This document shows positions 18,975-30,141 of a DNA stretch of 64,000 bases, piece after piece. The stretch's first letter is position 1. Each line of letters begins with the position of its first letter. The position numbers and the translations under genes are program-made. This DNA is from Deltaproteobacteria bacterium CG11_big_fil_rev_8_21_14_0_20_42_23 (GTDB lineage Bacteria > UBA10199 > 2-02-FULL-44-16), in the NCBI GenBank assembly GCA_002796345.1, contig PCXC01000037.1, forward strand, positions 58,276 through 122,275, written 5' to 3'. Below the pieces are notes generated by a model. The model worked only from the letters and a program-made list of their open reading frames with translations, was not told the DNA's origin and made no database searches.

Positions 18975-20344
18975 CAGTGACCTCCCTTATGGGCATTGGG
19001 ACTTGGCATAATTGACTTCACTTCAAACATACAAATAGTGGGAAGCACTCGACAGAAAAGGAGGAAGAACATCATGAAGAAACCAAAACTACCAATGGTA
19101 ATTCCCCAATCGTGATCTGTCATTTTATAGTATCCCCAATTTGCGGGAAGGAAATCGCGATGCAATGAAGTAACTACAATCACAAAACGCTCGAACCACA
19201 TTCCAATGTTGGCAAAGATTGATGCTACAAACATTACCGGAATGGAGCGTCGAAGTTTTTTGAACCAGAAAAGTTGTGGCACAATCATGTTGCAGCTTAC
19301 CATAATCCAGTAGGCCCAAGCATACGGCCCAGCAATACGGTTGAGGAAAGCAAAGCGTTCGTAAATATTTCCGCTATACCAAGCGGTGAAAAGCTCGATC
19401 ATGTAGGCATAGCCAACAATCATTCCCGTAACCAACATCACCTTGTTCATTTTTTCCATGTGGCCAATAGTGATGTAATCTTTGAGGTTAAACACTTCAC
19501 GAACAATAGTAAGCAACGTAACCACCATGGCAAAGCCAGAGAACACGGCACCTGCAACGAAGTATGGTGGAAAAATAGTGGTATGCCAGCCAGGCACAAC
19601 TGAAACGGCAAAGTCAAAACTTACAATTGAATGCACCGAAAGAACAAGTGGAGTACTCAAGCCTGCAAGAAGCAAATACACCATTTCATAGTGCGTCCAC
19701 TTGCGGGCGGAACCTCTCCAACCAAAGGACATAACGCCATAGATAAGTTTTCGAATCTTATTTTTTGCGCGGTCGCGAACACTTGCGATATCGGGGATTA
19801 AACCTGTGTACCAAAAGAGAAAAGAAATAGTGAAGTAGGTTGAAACCGCAAACACATCCCACAAAAGTGGTGAGTTGAAGTTCACCCAAAGGTTTCTTTC
19901 ATTGGGATAAGGAAATAACCAAAACGCAAGCCAAGGACGACCGGTGTGAATGAGCGGAAAAATTCCAGCAGTCATCACGGCAAAGATAGTCATAGCCTCA
20001 GCTGAACGGTTGATGGCTGTTCTCCACTTTTGGCGGAAGAGAAACAAAACTGCAGAAATTAATGTTCCGGCGTGACCAATACCAACCCAAAAAACGAAGT
20101 TGGTGATGAAGACTCCCCAACCAACAGGATGATTAAGACCTAAGGTTCCAAGGCCAACACGAAACATGTTCGTTGCATAACAAAGCCCCACCAAAAAAAT
20201 GAGCACCGAAAGCACAAAACAAATCCACCACTTTTTCATCGGCAAAGATTCGAGTGGCTTGCACACCCTTTGCCCAATATCAGCGTAGCTTTTCCCCGGT
20301 GTCACTAAGGGTTCTTGAACGAGTTGGTTTCCTTGAATATCCAT
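18974..20344 (-). CDS. actC: Alternative Complex III subunit ActC (NrfD/PsrC-like quinol-interacting membrane subunit)
   Basis: 456 aa polytopic membrane protein of the NrfD/PsrC type. Directly downstream of the Mo/FeS subunit. Confidence 0.75.
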   Translation of the reverse strand: MDIQGNQLVQEPLVTPGKSYADIGQRVCKPLESLPMKKWWICFVLSVLIFLVGLCYATNMFRVGLGTLGLNHPVGWGVFITNFVFWVGIGHAGTLISAVLFLFRQKWRTAINRSAEAMTIFAVMTAGIFPLIHTGRPWLAFWLFPYPNERNLWVNFNSPLLWDVFAVSTYFTISFLFWYTGLIPDIASVRDRAKNKIRKLIYGVMSFGWRGSARKWTHYEMVYLLLAGLSTPLVLSVHSIVSFDFAVSVVPGWHTTIFPPYFVAGAVFSGFAMVVTLLTIVREVFNLKDYITIGHMEKMNKVMLVTGMIVGYAYMIELFTAWYSGNIYERFAFLNRIAGPYAWAYWIMVSCNMIVPQLFWFKKLRRSIPVMFVASIFANIGMWFERFVIVVTSLHRDFLPANWGYYKMTDHDWGITIGSFGFFMMFFLLFCRVLPTICMFEVKSIMPSPNAHKGGH

Positions 20345-20355
20345 ATCGATTTTAC

Positions 20356-23322
20356 TTACACATTTCTAATTTTGGTTAAATACGTCACCACTGGACGTGT
20401 GTTAAGCTCTGCAAGTACATGATAGCCGCGTTGTGACGCTGCCATTTTTGCCACTTGGCTTTCTTTCATGTTTAAGTCACCAAACGTAATGGCTTGCGCT
20501 GGGCAGGTTTGCTGGCAAGCGGTTTTAATTTCGCCGTCTTTTAATTCTCGTTTTTCAATAATGGCATCATTTCGTTTTTCTTGAATCCGCTGAATACAGA
20601 AGGTACATTTTTCCATCACGCCTCTGCTGCGTGTGGTGATGTCTGGGTTCAAAACCTGATTCATCGGTTCTTTTATGCTAAGCGTTTGTTCAAAAAAGTT
20701 GAAGCGTCTCACTTTGTAAGGGCAGTTGTTTGCACAATACCGGGTTCCAACGCAACGATTGTAGCTCATCATGTTCAAGCCATCATCGCTGTGGAACGTT
20801 GCTAGTGTTGGGCAAACGGTTTCGCAAGGTGCATTGCTGCACTGCTGACAAGTCATAGGCTGATGTGAAACATTTGGATTTGCAGTTTTTCCTTTTTCAC
20901 TGCTGTAGTAACGATCGATGCGAATCCAGTGCATTTCCCGTCCGCGAATCACCTGCTCTTTGCCTACGACGGGAATATTATTCTCCGCCTGACAAGCAAC
21001 TACACAAGCGCTGCAACCAGTACATGCGTTGGTATCAATCACCATTCCCCAACGGTGGCCTTCGTATTTGCGTTCTTCCCACATGCTTGGAAGTTCTGCG
21101 TGTTTTTTTATTCCAGCATGAGGATTGTGCTGAAACTCTTTCCATGTTGCATCGGAAAAAATATCGTGGGCACGGTTTTCAAGTTCATGATGTCCTTGCG
21201 TGCAAGCAAGCAGTGCCGTTTTTCCTGTTTTTTCGAGCTCAACTTTTATTCCATTCCAGCTTGGAGTTTGATGCGCGTACGATTGAAAAGGATAAACCTG
21301 CATTCCATGAGGAGCCGCAAAGCCAAGCGCAACAGCTGCTGTAGCGTCATGCAATTTTGGCTGAATGTGAACTGGAAGCTCGGCAGAAAACGTTTCACTT
21401 TTTACTTTCACTACATCACCTTCGCGAAGTGAAAGCTTTGTTGCTGTTGCAAGAGAAAGGGAAACAACATTTTCCCACGTAAGTTTTGTGACGGGATCTG
21501 GAAGTTCCAGAAGCCAGCTGTTTGTATTATTTCTTCCATCGTAGAGAGAAAGACTTGGATAAAGCGCCAAGCTAAGTTCTGCAGATGAAGAAAGTTGTGG
21601 CAAGTTTTTCAACGCTGAAGGGTTGAAGGTTTCAGCAGAAGCTATTCTGCCGTGATCGTTTCTTTTGGAAGCAAACGCATCAACAAATCCCATCTTCAAG
21701 GCATCTTTCCAAGAAAGAGAACTTGAAACTCGAGGAAGCACTTCGCTTTTCCAATTGTGCTTCAACACTTCGTGATAATTTGATTCGCTGCCAGACCAAT
21801 GCAGCAAAGAATCTTGACATGATCTACCTTGGTGAAGCGGCGCAATTACAGGCTGCACAAGGGTATAAAGTCCGCGCTCTGGATTTGCATCGCCCCAAGC
21901 TTCAAGGTAATGCGTGCCAGGACAAACGACATGGCTTTGTGCGGAGGTTGCCGTAAAATAATCTGCGCAAGAAATAACAAGCCCCACTTTTTTCAGCGCT
22001 TCTTCGCAGTTTAATTCTGCGGGAAGTGTAAAGAGAGGATCTGCATCGGCGACAATAAGCACTTCCACTTCACCAGCGTGCATTTCTGCCACAAGGTGTT
22101 TGAGTTCTTCAAACGAACTGCCCACGTAATCGCGAGGAGCAAGCGTCCAGTCTAGCGTTACACCATCATTGGCAAGTGTAGAGTTGATAAAGTTTACCGC
22201 CACTTGAAGCAGCACAGCATCTTTTGCATTTGGATTGGCTCCAACTACAAGACCTGTTCCGCGTGAAGCAACAAGTTCTTCTGCTGTTTCTACAATGTGA
22301 GATGCAGGAAAATTAATTTTGCTTTCAAGTTTTTCTGGAGCATAGCTTCGTAAAGAGCTTGCTACACTTGCATTTCCGGTTCGCCTTGCAACTTCATAAG
22401 CAAGACTTAGCGCAACAAAAATTTCATCTCCCGCTTTCACCGGAACAAACATATCTGCATTTGTACCCGTTACGGTTGGAACAGATTCAAAGGCAATGAA
22501 GCGTGACATTTTTCCCGCGTCAACATTTCTGCCTTCGGAAAATCCAGCCATATTGCGAACTGGATTCATCCAATTGCCAAGGAAATCGGCGCCAAAAGAA
22601 ACAATGACTTTTGCCTCTTCAAAACGATAGCGTGGCAAGAGTGATTTTCCGTACGAAAGCTTTGCCGCTTCAACCATTTCATTTGGAAAAACAGAATCGT
22701 ATGAAATGCTTGCTGCGTTGTAGGTATTTTCAAAACTTCGCAGTACTTTTTGCGTAGTAGGAGAGCTGCTTACACCCGTAAGCACTCTTATTTTTCCGCC
22801 TGTTTTTTTCACGGCATCAAGCTTGGCGATGATGTGCTTGTCGAGGTCTTCCCAGTTGCTTTCTTTTAGCGTTCCATTTTGCACAAAGCTTGGAGCTTTG
22901 ATTCTATCGGGATGATACAAATCCAGCAAACTGGCTTGCGCTCTGGCTGAGAGGCCCGTTGCATTGAGAGGAGCATCAACATTTGGCTCAAGTTTAACCG
23001 GACGGCCTTCGCGCGTTCTGACTAAAACTGCATAAGAGGAACTTCCATCTTCAAAACTAGAAGCGTACCAAACCGGAACACCAGGAATCACACCTTCTGG
23101 CTTGTTGATGTAAGGCATAATTTTTTCAACAGGTCTTCGTGTACAGGCAGCGCCCGCCATAGCGATACTTGCCGCCATTACCTTTAAAAAGTCGCGGCGT
23201 TCCATGCCGGACATTTCGGCTTTCTGAGGAGGCTCTGCAAACTCTTTTCCCGTACGAGCTTCAAACTCTGCCGTTTGCTCGAGCTCTTCGATGCTTTTCC
23301 AAAAGGTCACATTTTTCTTCAT
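20356..23322 (-). CDS. actB: Alternative Complex III subunit ActB (molybdopterin-oxidoreductase-like domain fused to 4Fe-4S ferredoxin domain, Tat signal)
   Basis: Start likely M16 ([20 protein letters not shown]..., typical ActB N-terminus). Twin-arginine motif [19 protein letters not shown]-terminal Cys clusters [38 protein letters not shown]. Confidence 0.85.
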   Translation of the reverse strand: MKKNVTFWKSIEELEQTAEFEARTGKEFAEPPQKAEMSGMERRDFLKVMAASIAMAGAACTRRPVEKIMPYINKPEGVIPGVPVWYASSFEDGSSSYAVLVRTREGRPVKLEPNVDAPLNATGLSARAQASLLDLYHPDRIKAPSFVQNGTLKESNWEDLDKHIIAKLDAVKKTGGKIRVLTGVSSSPTTQKVLRSFENTYNAASISYDSVFPNEMVEAAKLSYGKSLLPRYRFEEAKVIVSFGADFLGNWMNPVRNMAGFSEGRNVDAGKMSRFIAFESVPTVTGTNADMFVPVKAGDEIFVALSLAYEVARRTGNASVASSLRSYAPEKLESKINFPASHIVETAEELVASRGTGLVVGANPNAKDAVLLQVAVNFINSTLANDGVTLDWTLAPRDYVGSSFEELKHLVAEMHAGEVEVLIVADADPLFTLPAELNCEEALKKVGLVISCADYFTATSAQSHVVCPGTHYLEAWGDANPERGLYTLVQPVIAPLHQGRSCQDSLLHWSGSESNYHEVLKHNWKSEVLPRVSSSLSWKDALKMGFVDAFASKRNDHGRIASAETFNPSALKNLPQLSSSAELSLALYPSLSLYDGRNNTNSWLLELPDPVTKLTWENVVSLSLATATKLSLREGDVVKVKSETFSAELPVHIQPKLHDATAAVALGFAAPHGMQVYPFQSYAHQTPSWNGIKVELEKTGKTALLACTQGHHELENRAHDIFSDATWKEFQHNPHAGIKKHAELPSMWEERKYEGHRWGMVIDTNACTGCSACVVACQAENNIPVVGKEQVIRGREMHWIRIDRYYSSEKGKTANPNVSHQPMTCQQCSNAPCETVCPTLATFHSDDGLNMMSYNRCVGTRYCANNCPYKVRRFNFFEQTLSIKEPMNQVLNPDITTRSRGVMEKCTFCIQRIQEKRNDAIIEKRELKDGEIKTACQQTCPAQAITFGDLNMKESQVAKMAASQRGYHVLAELNTRPVVTYLTKIRNV

Positions 23323-23323
23323 A

Positions 23324-23851
23324 TTAATAATGACAGCTTTCACAATGCGTTGGAGCATTTTTCTCACGATGGCAATCGATACAAAATCCCATCTGTAATG
23401 TTTTTACTTGGCTAACCCGTTCCATACTTCCCACATCACCATGACACTGCGTACAATCAAGCCCAGCCGCAATATGCCGTTCGTGGGTAAACCGAACATG
23501 ATCTGGAAGATCGTGCACTTTTATCCACTCGAGAGGCTGCCCATTGGCATACATATCGCGAAGCTTTTGAATATAAGGACTGTCCAGCTTCACTACCTGG
23601 TGACAGTTCATGCAAATATTCATAGCAGGCACAACAGCGTGCTTCGATTTATCAACTCCCACATGACAATACTGGCAAGGGATTTGATTATCTCCGGCGT
23701 GAAGTTTATGGCTAAAGGGAATCGGCTGCTTTGGAGCATAACCAGTGTTGTCGCCAAGTTTCACCAAACTCCGCACTCCAAATGCCAATAAAATGACCGG
23801 AAGAGATAAAAGAGAAAGAAATAAAATTTTCTGGAAGCACTTACCCTTCAA
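23324..23851 (-). CDS. actA: Alternative Complex III subunit ActA (pentahaem cytochrome c)
   Basis: Five CxxCH motifs: CQYCH, CMNCH, CTQCH, CIDCH, CESCH. N-terminal signal/anchor. Confidence 0.85.
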   Translation of the reverse strand: MKGKCFQKILFLSLLSLPVILLAFGVRSLVKLGDNTGYAPKQPIPFSHKLHAGDNQIPCQYCHVGVDKSKHAVVPAMNICMNCHQVVKLDSPYIQKLRDMYANGQPLEWIKVHDLPDHVRFTHERHIAAGLDCTQCHGDVGSMERVSQVKTLQMGFCIDCHREKNAPTHCESCHY

Positions 23852-24122
23852 TGATTTCCCCTTGGAACAACCTCTCGTTGAAATAATGTGGGCGCTATCT
23901 ACCCTCCTTGAAAATTTCTGTCGAGGAAAAAATCGAGATCAAATGAAAAAGTCTCAAACAGGAAATAAAGGACTCTCCGCCTCTAAAAAGTCTGAAGAAA
24001 ACAAACTCTATTACGAACCCAAAAGAGGAGTTGCTTTCAAGCATACCTGTCACCTTCAACGCAAAAGAAAGCCCCCAGCTTTTTCCTTGCCTGTCCTCTA
24101 AGATCTTGTTAGAGGCCCTCAC

Positions 24123-24935
24123 ATGAAAATTCGGACTTTAACAATTTGCTTTTTTTTCGCCCTTTTTTCTCTTTTATCGCATCATCTTGTGGCCGCAGAA
24201 TCAACTCCTGTCGAGCTTAAAGACGTTGGTATAGAAGAGCACTTGGGTGAACAGATTACGCTCTCGCTTCCTTTTTTGGACCAAAATGGAAATGAAGTGA
24301 CACTTGCGGACTACTTTCACAAAGACAAAGCAGTGCTTTTTGTATTTGTTTATTATGAATGTCCGGGGCTTTGTACTTTCGTTTTAAACGGAATGATAAA
24401 TGGGCTTCGCGACGTGCAGCTCACTCCTGGAAAAGAATTTGAAATCGTGGTGGTGAGTATTGATTCCAAGGAAACTCCACTACTGGCGAAAGAAAAGTTA
24501 ACTTCGTATTTGAAAATGTATCGTGAAGGCAGCACTGAAAGTGGTTGGCACTTTCTTACTGGAAGTGACGAAAGCATTCGGCAACTCACGAAAGAAATTG
24601 GTTTCTCCTATGTTTACGATGCCGAGCAAAAGCAGTTTGCACACGCATCTGCCGTTTACGCACTCACACCAACCGGAAAAATTTCTCGCTATCTTTTTGG
24701 CATCGAGTATGCGCCCAGAGATGTGAAACTCGCTCTTCTTGAAGCAAGCGAAGGAAAATTAGGAAACCTTATTGATAAGCTTTTGCTCTACTGCTATCAC
24801 TACGACCCCAAAGGAAAAAAGTATGCCCTTCTTGCAGTGAATATTATGAAAATTGCAGGTGTCATCACCCTCCTTGGGCTTGGAATATTGATTCATCTTC
24901 TGATGAAAAAACGAAAAAAGGCGGAAAGACTATGA
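24123..24935 (+). CDS. sco: SCO1/SenC-family copper chaperone (thioredoxin-like, CxxxC)
   Basis: Signal/anchor, YYECPGLCTFVLNGM CxxxC motif. First gene of the oxidase operon. Confidence 0.75.
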   Translation: MKIRTLTICFFFALFSLLSHHLVAAESTPVELKDVGIEEHLGEQITLSLPFLDQNGNEVTLADYFHKDKAVLFVFVYYECPGLCTFVLNGMINGLRDVQLTPGKEFEIVVVSIDSKETPLLAKEKLTSYLKMYREGSTESGWHFLTGSDESIRQLTKEIGFSYVYDAEQKQFAHASAVYALTPTGKISRYLFGIEYAPRDVKLALLEASEGKLGNLIDKLLLYCYHYDPKGKKYALLAVNIMKIAGVITLLGLGILIHLLMKKRKKAERL

Positions 24936-25909
24936 TTGGAACTATAAACCTTCCTCAAGCTTCATCAATGGCGGGAAACGTTGATGCACTTTATTCTTTT
25001 ATTTTCATTATTTCACTTATTAGCTTCGCTCTTATTGTTGGCGCGTTGGTTTACTTTTCCTACAAGTACAGCAGAAAAAAATGCAACTCCGAAACGACCG
25101 CTTACATTCATGGAAACACAGCGCTTGAAGTAGGAATGAGTGCCGTTTTGTTCGTCATCGTTATGGTGATTTTTGCATGGGGTTGGATCGATTACAAAAA
25201 AATACGACTCGTTCCCGCAAATGCGCTTGAAGTCAATGTTATCGGACAGCAATGGTTGTGGAACCTCGAATATAAAAACGGAAGAAAACTTACCAACGAA
25301 CTTGTTGTTCCAAAAGATGTTCCCGTCAAATTAGTCATGGGTTCCAAAGATGTGTTGCACAGCTTTTATGTGCCTGCATTTCGTTTGAAGCAAGATCTTG
25401 TTCCTGGTCAATTCACCTATATTTCTTTCACCGCAATTGAACTTGGTGAGTTTCCCATCTTCTGCGCGGAATTCTGCGGTACAGCTCACTATGGCATGAT
25501 TGGAAAAGTGAAAGTGGTAGAAAAAGCAGCCTACGAAAAATGGCAAAACGTTTGGGAACTTGAGCAACGCTTAGGCATCAACGAAGCCGAAGCTTCAGAA
25601 AAAACAACTACGCAACTTTCACCAGTTGAACACGGAAAAGAACTCTTTACCAAACAAGGCTGCACCGCTTGTCACTCTACAGGCACCAACAAACTTGTTG
25701 GCCCTGGTTTAGCTGGCCTCTTTGGAAAAGAAACAACGCTTACAGATGGAAAAAAATTAACCGTAGACGAAAACTACATTAGAAGATCGCTTATGGAACC
25801 AAATGCTGAACTGGTAGAGGGCTTTGCTCCTCTTATGCCTACGTTTAAAGGACAATTGAGTGATGAAGAAGTCAATCATCTGATTGCATATTTGAAAAGC
25901 CTTCAATAA
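24932..25909 (+). CDS. coxB: cytochrome c oxidase subunit II with C-terminal cytochrome c domain (caa3-type)
   Basis: CuA motif HSFYVPAF...FCAEFCGTAHYGM. C-terminal CTACHS haem-c site. Confidence 0.9.
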   Translation: MIGTINLPQASSMAGNVDALYSFIFIISLISFALIVGALVYFSYKYSRKKCNSETTAYIHGNTALEVGMSAVLFVIVMVIFAWGWIDYKKIRLVPANALEVNVIGQQWLWNLEYKNGRKLTNELVVPKDVPVKLVMGSKDVLHSFYVPAFRLKQDLVPGQFTYISFTAIELGEFPIFCAEFCGTAHYGMIGKVKVVEKAAYEKWQNVWELEQRLGINEAEASEKTTTQLSPVEHGKELFTKQGCTACHSTGTNKLVGPGLAGLFGKETTLTDGKKLTVDENYIRRSLMEPNAELVEGFAPLMPTFKGQLSDEEVNHLIAYLKSLQ

Positions 25910-25945
25910 TTTAAAGTCGCACCAAAAGAAAAACGGAGAACTACC

Positions 25946-27544
25946 ATGAGTCACAGTCACGGCGCTGGAGAGAACTATCTTATTGCAAAACGAGGCATCA
26001 TGTCCTGGCTGATCACCGTCGATCACAAACGCATTGGACTTATGTACCTCATCACTACAGCCATCTTTTTTCTTGTTGGTGGGCTCTTAGCGCTTTCGGT
26101 TAGGCTGGAACTTATGCTTCCAGGCCAAACCATCATGGAACCCGATACCTATAACAAGGCGTTTACACTTCATGGCGCCATCATGATTTTTCTGTTTATC
26201 ATCCCTGCTATTCCAGCAGCACTTGGAAACTTTTTTCTTCCGCTTATGCTGGGCGCAAAAGACGTGGCGTTTCCCAAGCTAAACCTTGCAAGCTACTACA
26301 TTTTTATTTTTGGTGCACTGCTTGCCATCTTCGCCATCTTTGACGGCGGCGTTGACACAGGCTGGACATTTTACACGCCCTACAGCATCAAAACCGCTGG
26401 CAGTGTGGTTTTGACAGCACTTGGTGTTTTTGTCATGGGCTTCTCTTCTATTCTCACCGGACTTAATTTTATCGTCACCATTCACAAACTAAGAGCTCCG
26501 GGCATGGGCTTTTTCAAAATGCCGCTTTTTGTTTGGGCAACGTATTCAACAGCTATCATCCAAGTCTTGGCAACTCCTGTTATTGGAATCACCGTTTTGC
26601 TTTTGGCAATGGAACGCATTTTAGGCATCGGATTTTTTGATCCCACACTTGGTGGCGATCCTGTTCTCTTCGAACACTTTTTTTGGTTCTACTCTCATCC
26701 AGCAGTGTACATTATGATTTTGCCTGCCATGGGAATTATCAGCGAAGTCATCACAGTTTTTTCGCGCAAACATATTTTTGGATACAAGGCCATCGCCTTC
26801 TCAAGCTTGGCTATTGCGGCTATTAGCTTTTTGGTGTGGGGACATCACATGTTTGTAAGTGGTCAATCCGACTTGGCCAATTTTCTTTTCTCTTTGCTCA
26901 CCATGCTGGTTGCTATTCCCACTGCCATTAAAGTGGTGAACTGGACGGCGACGCTTTACAAAGGTTCCATCGATTTCAAAACACCAATGCTTTATGCCCT
27001 CGCTTTTATTTTTCTCTTCACCATTGGTGGATTAACAGGGCTTTTCCTGGCAGCGCTTTCTGTGGATGTCCATCTTCACGACACCTACTTTGTGGTTGCT
27101 CACTTTCACTACGTGATGATGGGCGGAACGGTTATGGGTTTTCTTGCCGGCGTTCATTACTGGTGGCCAAAAATTACAGGAAAAATGTACCACGAAAAAA
27201 GCGGGCAAATCGCTTGTTCACTCATTTTCCTTGGCTTCAACATTACTTTTATCAGCCAGTTTATTCTGGGCAGCAGAGGAATGCCGCGTCGCTACTATGA
27301 TTATTCGGCAGAATACGCACCGCTGAATATGGTTTCAACTTTTGGTTCTTGGCTCATTGGCATGGGCTTCTTGCTGGCCACTATTTATTTGATTCACTCA
27401 TGGTTTAGAGGCAAGGCAGCTTCTGCAAATCCTTGGAATGCAAAAACCTTGGAGTGGATGACGTCATCTCCGCCGCCAGAGCACAACTTTGCTGAAACTC
27501 CTCATGTCACCGAAGGGCCTTATGAGTACGGAGTAAAAGCTTAA
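25946..27544 (+). CDS. coxA: cytochrome c oxidase subunit I
   Basis: 532 aa, 12 TM helices, conserved haem-copper oxidase histidines (WAHHMF-type region GHHMFVSG). Confidence 0.95.
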   Translation: MSHSHGAGENYLIAKRGIMSWLITVDHKRIGLMYLITTAIFFLVGGLLALSVRLELMLPGQTIMEPDTYNKAFTLHGAIMIFLFIIPAIPAALGNFFLPLMLGAKDVAFPKLNLASYYIFIFGALLAIFAIFDGGVDTGWTFYTPYSIKTAGSVVLTALGVFVMGFSSILTGLNFIVTIHKLRAPGMGFFKMPLFVWATYSTAIIQVLATPVIGITVLLLAMERILGIGFFDPTLGGDPVLFEHFFWFYSHPAVYIMILPAMGIISEVITVFSRKHIFGYKAIAFSSLAIAAISFLVWGHHMFVSGQSDLANFLFSLLTMLVAIPTAIKVVNWTATLYKGSIDFKTPMLYALAFIFLFTIGGLTGLFLAALSVDVHLHDTYFVVAHFHYVMMGGTVMGFLAGVHYWWPKITGKMYHEKSGQIACSLIFLGFNITFISQFILGSRGMPRRYYDYSAEYAPLNMVSTFGSWLIGMGFLLATIYLIHSWFRGKAASANPWNAKTLEWMTSSPPPEHNFAETPHVTEGPYEYGVKA

Positions 27545-27578
27545 CCGTTAACGAAAGAAAATTTTAGAAGAGGTTCCT

Positions 27579-28211
27579 ATGTCACAACATGTAGTTGCGC
27601 ATCATTTTGATTCGGCGAAACAAGAATTCGAATCATCTAAGTTGGGAATGTGGTTGTTTCTGATAACAGAAGTTCTGCTTTTCGGCGGGCTTTTTGTGGC
27701 CTACATTATTTTCCGCATTAAATATCCGGAGATGTTTCACGAAGCCAGCAAATTTCTCAATCGTCCCATGGGCGCCTTCAACACTGTTGTGCTTATCTGC
27801 TCTAGCTTCACGATGGCCATGGCGGTGAACGCAACGCAGCGCAATGATCAAAACAAAGCCAATCAATATCTCATCGTCACTTTGTTTTGTGGTCTTATTT
27901 TCATGGTGATTAAATTTTTCGAATACAGCCACAAATTTCACGAGGGATTATTCCCAGGAGCTCACTTTGCGTTTGAAGGTCAGAGCCCAGAACATTCTTC
28001 ACTTTTTTTCTCGCTTTATTTCATGATGACAGGATTGCACGGTATTCACGTGCTTGTAGGGATGGGGCTTATTCTTTGGTGCCTCATCAAATCAAACAGA
28101 GGCGCTTTTTCTAGTTCCTATTATACCCCTGTTGAGAACACCGGAATTTACTGGCATTTGGTGGATTTAATTTGGATCTACCTTTTCCCCCTTATGTATT
28201 TAATAGGATAA
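27579..28211 (+). CDS. coxC: cytochrome c oxidase subunit III
   Basis: 210 aa, subunit III-like helices (GLHGIHVLVG). Confidence 0.85.
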   Translation: MSQHVVAHHFDSAKQEFESSKLGMWLFLITEVLLFGGLFVAYIIFRIKYPEMFHEASKFLNRPMGAFNTVVLICSSFTMAMAVNATQRNDQNKANQYLIVTLFCGLIFMVIKFFEYSHKFHEGLFPGAHFAFEGQSPEHSSLFFSLYFMMTGLHGIHVLVGMGLILWCLIKSNRGAFSSSYYTPVENTGIYWHLVDLIWIYLFPLMYLIG

Positions 28212-28283
28212 TTTTTTTGTACCATTAACGTGCAGTCATCCCGAACGAGATGACAGGCTTAGAAGACATCAGCGAGAATAATT

Positions 28284-29054
28284 ATGAACGATCATCACAA
28301 TCACCATAAAGCCACTTATATAAAAATGTGGATAGCTCTGCTTATCCTTACCATTGTTACCTTTGCCGCTGCCTATGCTGATTTTGGCACGATGAACATT
28401 GTCATTGCTATGGCCATCGCTTCTGTAAAGGCAACTCTGGTTGCACTTTATTTTATGCATCTCAAAGAAAACAATCGTTTAAATCAAGTTGTGTTTGCGA
28501 GCTCTTTTTTGTGTTTGCTTATTTTTGTGGGACTCACTCTTGCTGATACCGAATATCGCGACGAAGAACTTCAATACATCAGCATTGAAAAAATTGCAGC
28601 GCCTGCAGGAAATGAAAATGCGCTTCATGAAAAATATAAAACCTCTTCACCAGAACTTCTGGCTCAAGGAAAAACAATTTTTCAACAACAGTGTGCTCTG
28701 TGTCACGGGGAAAGTGGCCAGGGTAATGGACCAGCGGGTGCTGCACTTAATCCAAAGCCAAGAGATTTTACTTCTGGAAATTGGACACAAGGTGGAGAAC
28801 CTTCACATGTGTTCCAAACAATCAGCAATGGTATTCCAGGTTCTTCCATGTCGTCATATGCAAATCTTTCAGTGAAAGACAGATGGGCGCTTGCTCATTA
28901 TGTTCGTTCGTTTGCAAGCAATCCACCAGCTGAAACAGACGAAAGCTTTGCAAGCTCAAAGCTTATCGTAAAAGAAGACGCTAGCGCAGGACAAGCAAAA
29001 GGGAAACTTCCCGTTGATTTCGCCATCGAGCTTTTGGTGGAAGAAGCGAAATAG
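28284..29054 (+). CDS. cytochrome c oxidase subunit IV (caa3/CtaF-like) fused to a C-terminal class-I cytochrome c domain
   Basis: N-terminal ~100 aa MNDHHNHHKATYIKMWIALLILTIVTF... with two TM helices, as in the bacterial subunit IV family. C-terminal domain carries CALCHGESGQGNG and a distal Met (GSSMSSY). Confidence 0.7.
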   Translation: MNDHHNHHKATYIKMWIALLILTIVTFAAAYADFGTMNIVIAMAIASVKATLVALYFMHLKENNRLNQVVFASSFLCLLIFVGLTLADTEYRDEELQYISIEKIAAPAGNENALHEKYKTSSPELLAQGKTIFQQQCALCHGESGQGNGPAGAALNPKPRDFTSGNWTQGGEPSHVFQTISNGIPGSSMSSYANLSVKDRWALAHYVRSFASNPPAETDESFASSKLIVKEDASAGQAKGKLPVDFAIELLVEEAK

Positions 29055-29067
29055 ATTTTGAGGAAAA

Positions 29068-29279
29068 TTTGTCATCCTCGCGCAGGCGGCCTGCCTGCCG
29101 GTCAGGCAGGGGATCCAGCAATTCAAACACTTTGCTGTCATCCTGAGTGGAACGAAGGATCTCCTCTGACAATTTTGCTTTTGTTATAGTCGAATGCTTA
29201 AAGTGTTTGAGGAGATCCTTCACTTCGTTCAGGATGACAAAACAGGGAATTGTTAAATGACAATGAGTTGACTGAATTC
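29068..29279. repeat. nested palindromic repeat element R3 (inside the cox/cta operon, between subunit-IV::cyt c and ctaA)
   Basis: gtcatcctcgcgcaggcggcctgcctgccggtcaggcaggggatccagcaattcaaacac tttgctgtcatcctgagtggaacgaaggatctcctc tgacaatt...gaggagatccttcacttcgttcaggatgacaaaacag...aatgacaatgagttgactgaattc. Confidence 0.7.
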
Positions 29280-29280
29280 A

Positions 29281-30141
29281 ATGAAAAAACTTTTACTCCT
29301 TCTTATCAGCCTTACTTTTCTTCTCTTCCTCTGGGGAGCAACGGTGAGGGCTTTTGGCGCGGGGATGGCTTGCCCTGATTGGCCGCTCTGTTATGGACAA
29401 GTGCTGCCGCCTCTCGATTTCCTCATTTTTCTCGAATGGGGTCACCGCAAACTTGCAGCTCTTATTGGTTTGCTGCTTCTCGCTTTTCTGGTTCTCGTCT
29501 TCAAATCTCGTGATGCTCGAAAACAATTAGGAACGCTGGCAATCGTTTCGTTTTTTCTTTTGTTGCTTCAAGTTTTTATGGGCGCACTCACTGTGTTTCA
29601 TTACAACATTCCCTATTCTGTAAGTTTACATTTTGGAGTAGGGCTTTTCTTTCTCTCCACGCTTGTCATTATGTACCGAAAATTAAGCCCAGCAGTTGAA
29701 GCCACGCGAAGCCGCGGCATTTTGCTGCTCAGCTTCTTCGGACTTGCGTTGTGTTTTGTGCAAATTCTTTTGGGAAGCTATGTAGCCTCAAGCCATGCAG
29801 GCCTTGTCTGTCCTGATTTTCCCGCCTGCTTCGGTTCTTTCTTTCCCCCATTGGAAGGAAAAATAGGGCTGCAAATGTTTCACCGTTATTTGGCTTATGC
29901 GCTCACTCTTTTTGTGGCCTGTTTCCTGCTAAAAGCCAGTAGAGAACGGTTTCCGTTGAAGTTTCGAAAACTCTTCTTGCTTCTCGCCTCAATCACGATA
30001 ATACAGGTCTTCCTCGGCATCGGGAATGTTGTTTTTGAACTGCCTTATGTCTTGAGAGTTGCCCACAATGGAGTGGCGACTCTTCTCTTTTTAACGTTTG
30101 TGACCATTACTTATGAACTCTCGCGCCTCCGATTATCTTAG
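29281..30141 (+). CDS. ctaA: haem A synthase (COX15/CtaA)
   Basis: Conserved CPDWPLC and second Cys pair CPDFPAC. 8 TM helices. Confidence 0.85.
   Translation: MKKLLLLLISLTFLLFLWGATVRAFGAGMACPDWPLCYGQVLPPLDFLIFLEWGHRKLAALIGLLLLAFLVLVFKSRDARKQLGTLAIVSFFLLLLQVFMGALTVFHYNIPYSVSLHFGVGLFFLSTLVIMYRKLSPAVEATRSRGILLLSFFGLALCFVQILLGSYVASSHAGLVCPDFPACFGSFFPPLEGKIGLQMFHRYLAYALTLFVACFLLKASRERFPLKFRKLFLLLASITIIQVFLGIGNVVFELPYVLRVAHNGVATLLFLTFVTITYELSRLRLS

Noticed and set aside
20865-21432. Two + strand ORFs of 159 and 167 aa
   Set aside because: Antisense to the strongly supported actB coding region.
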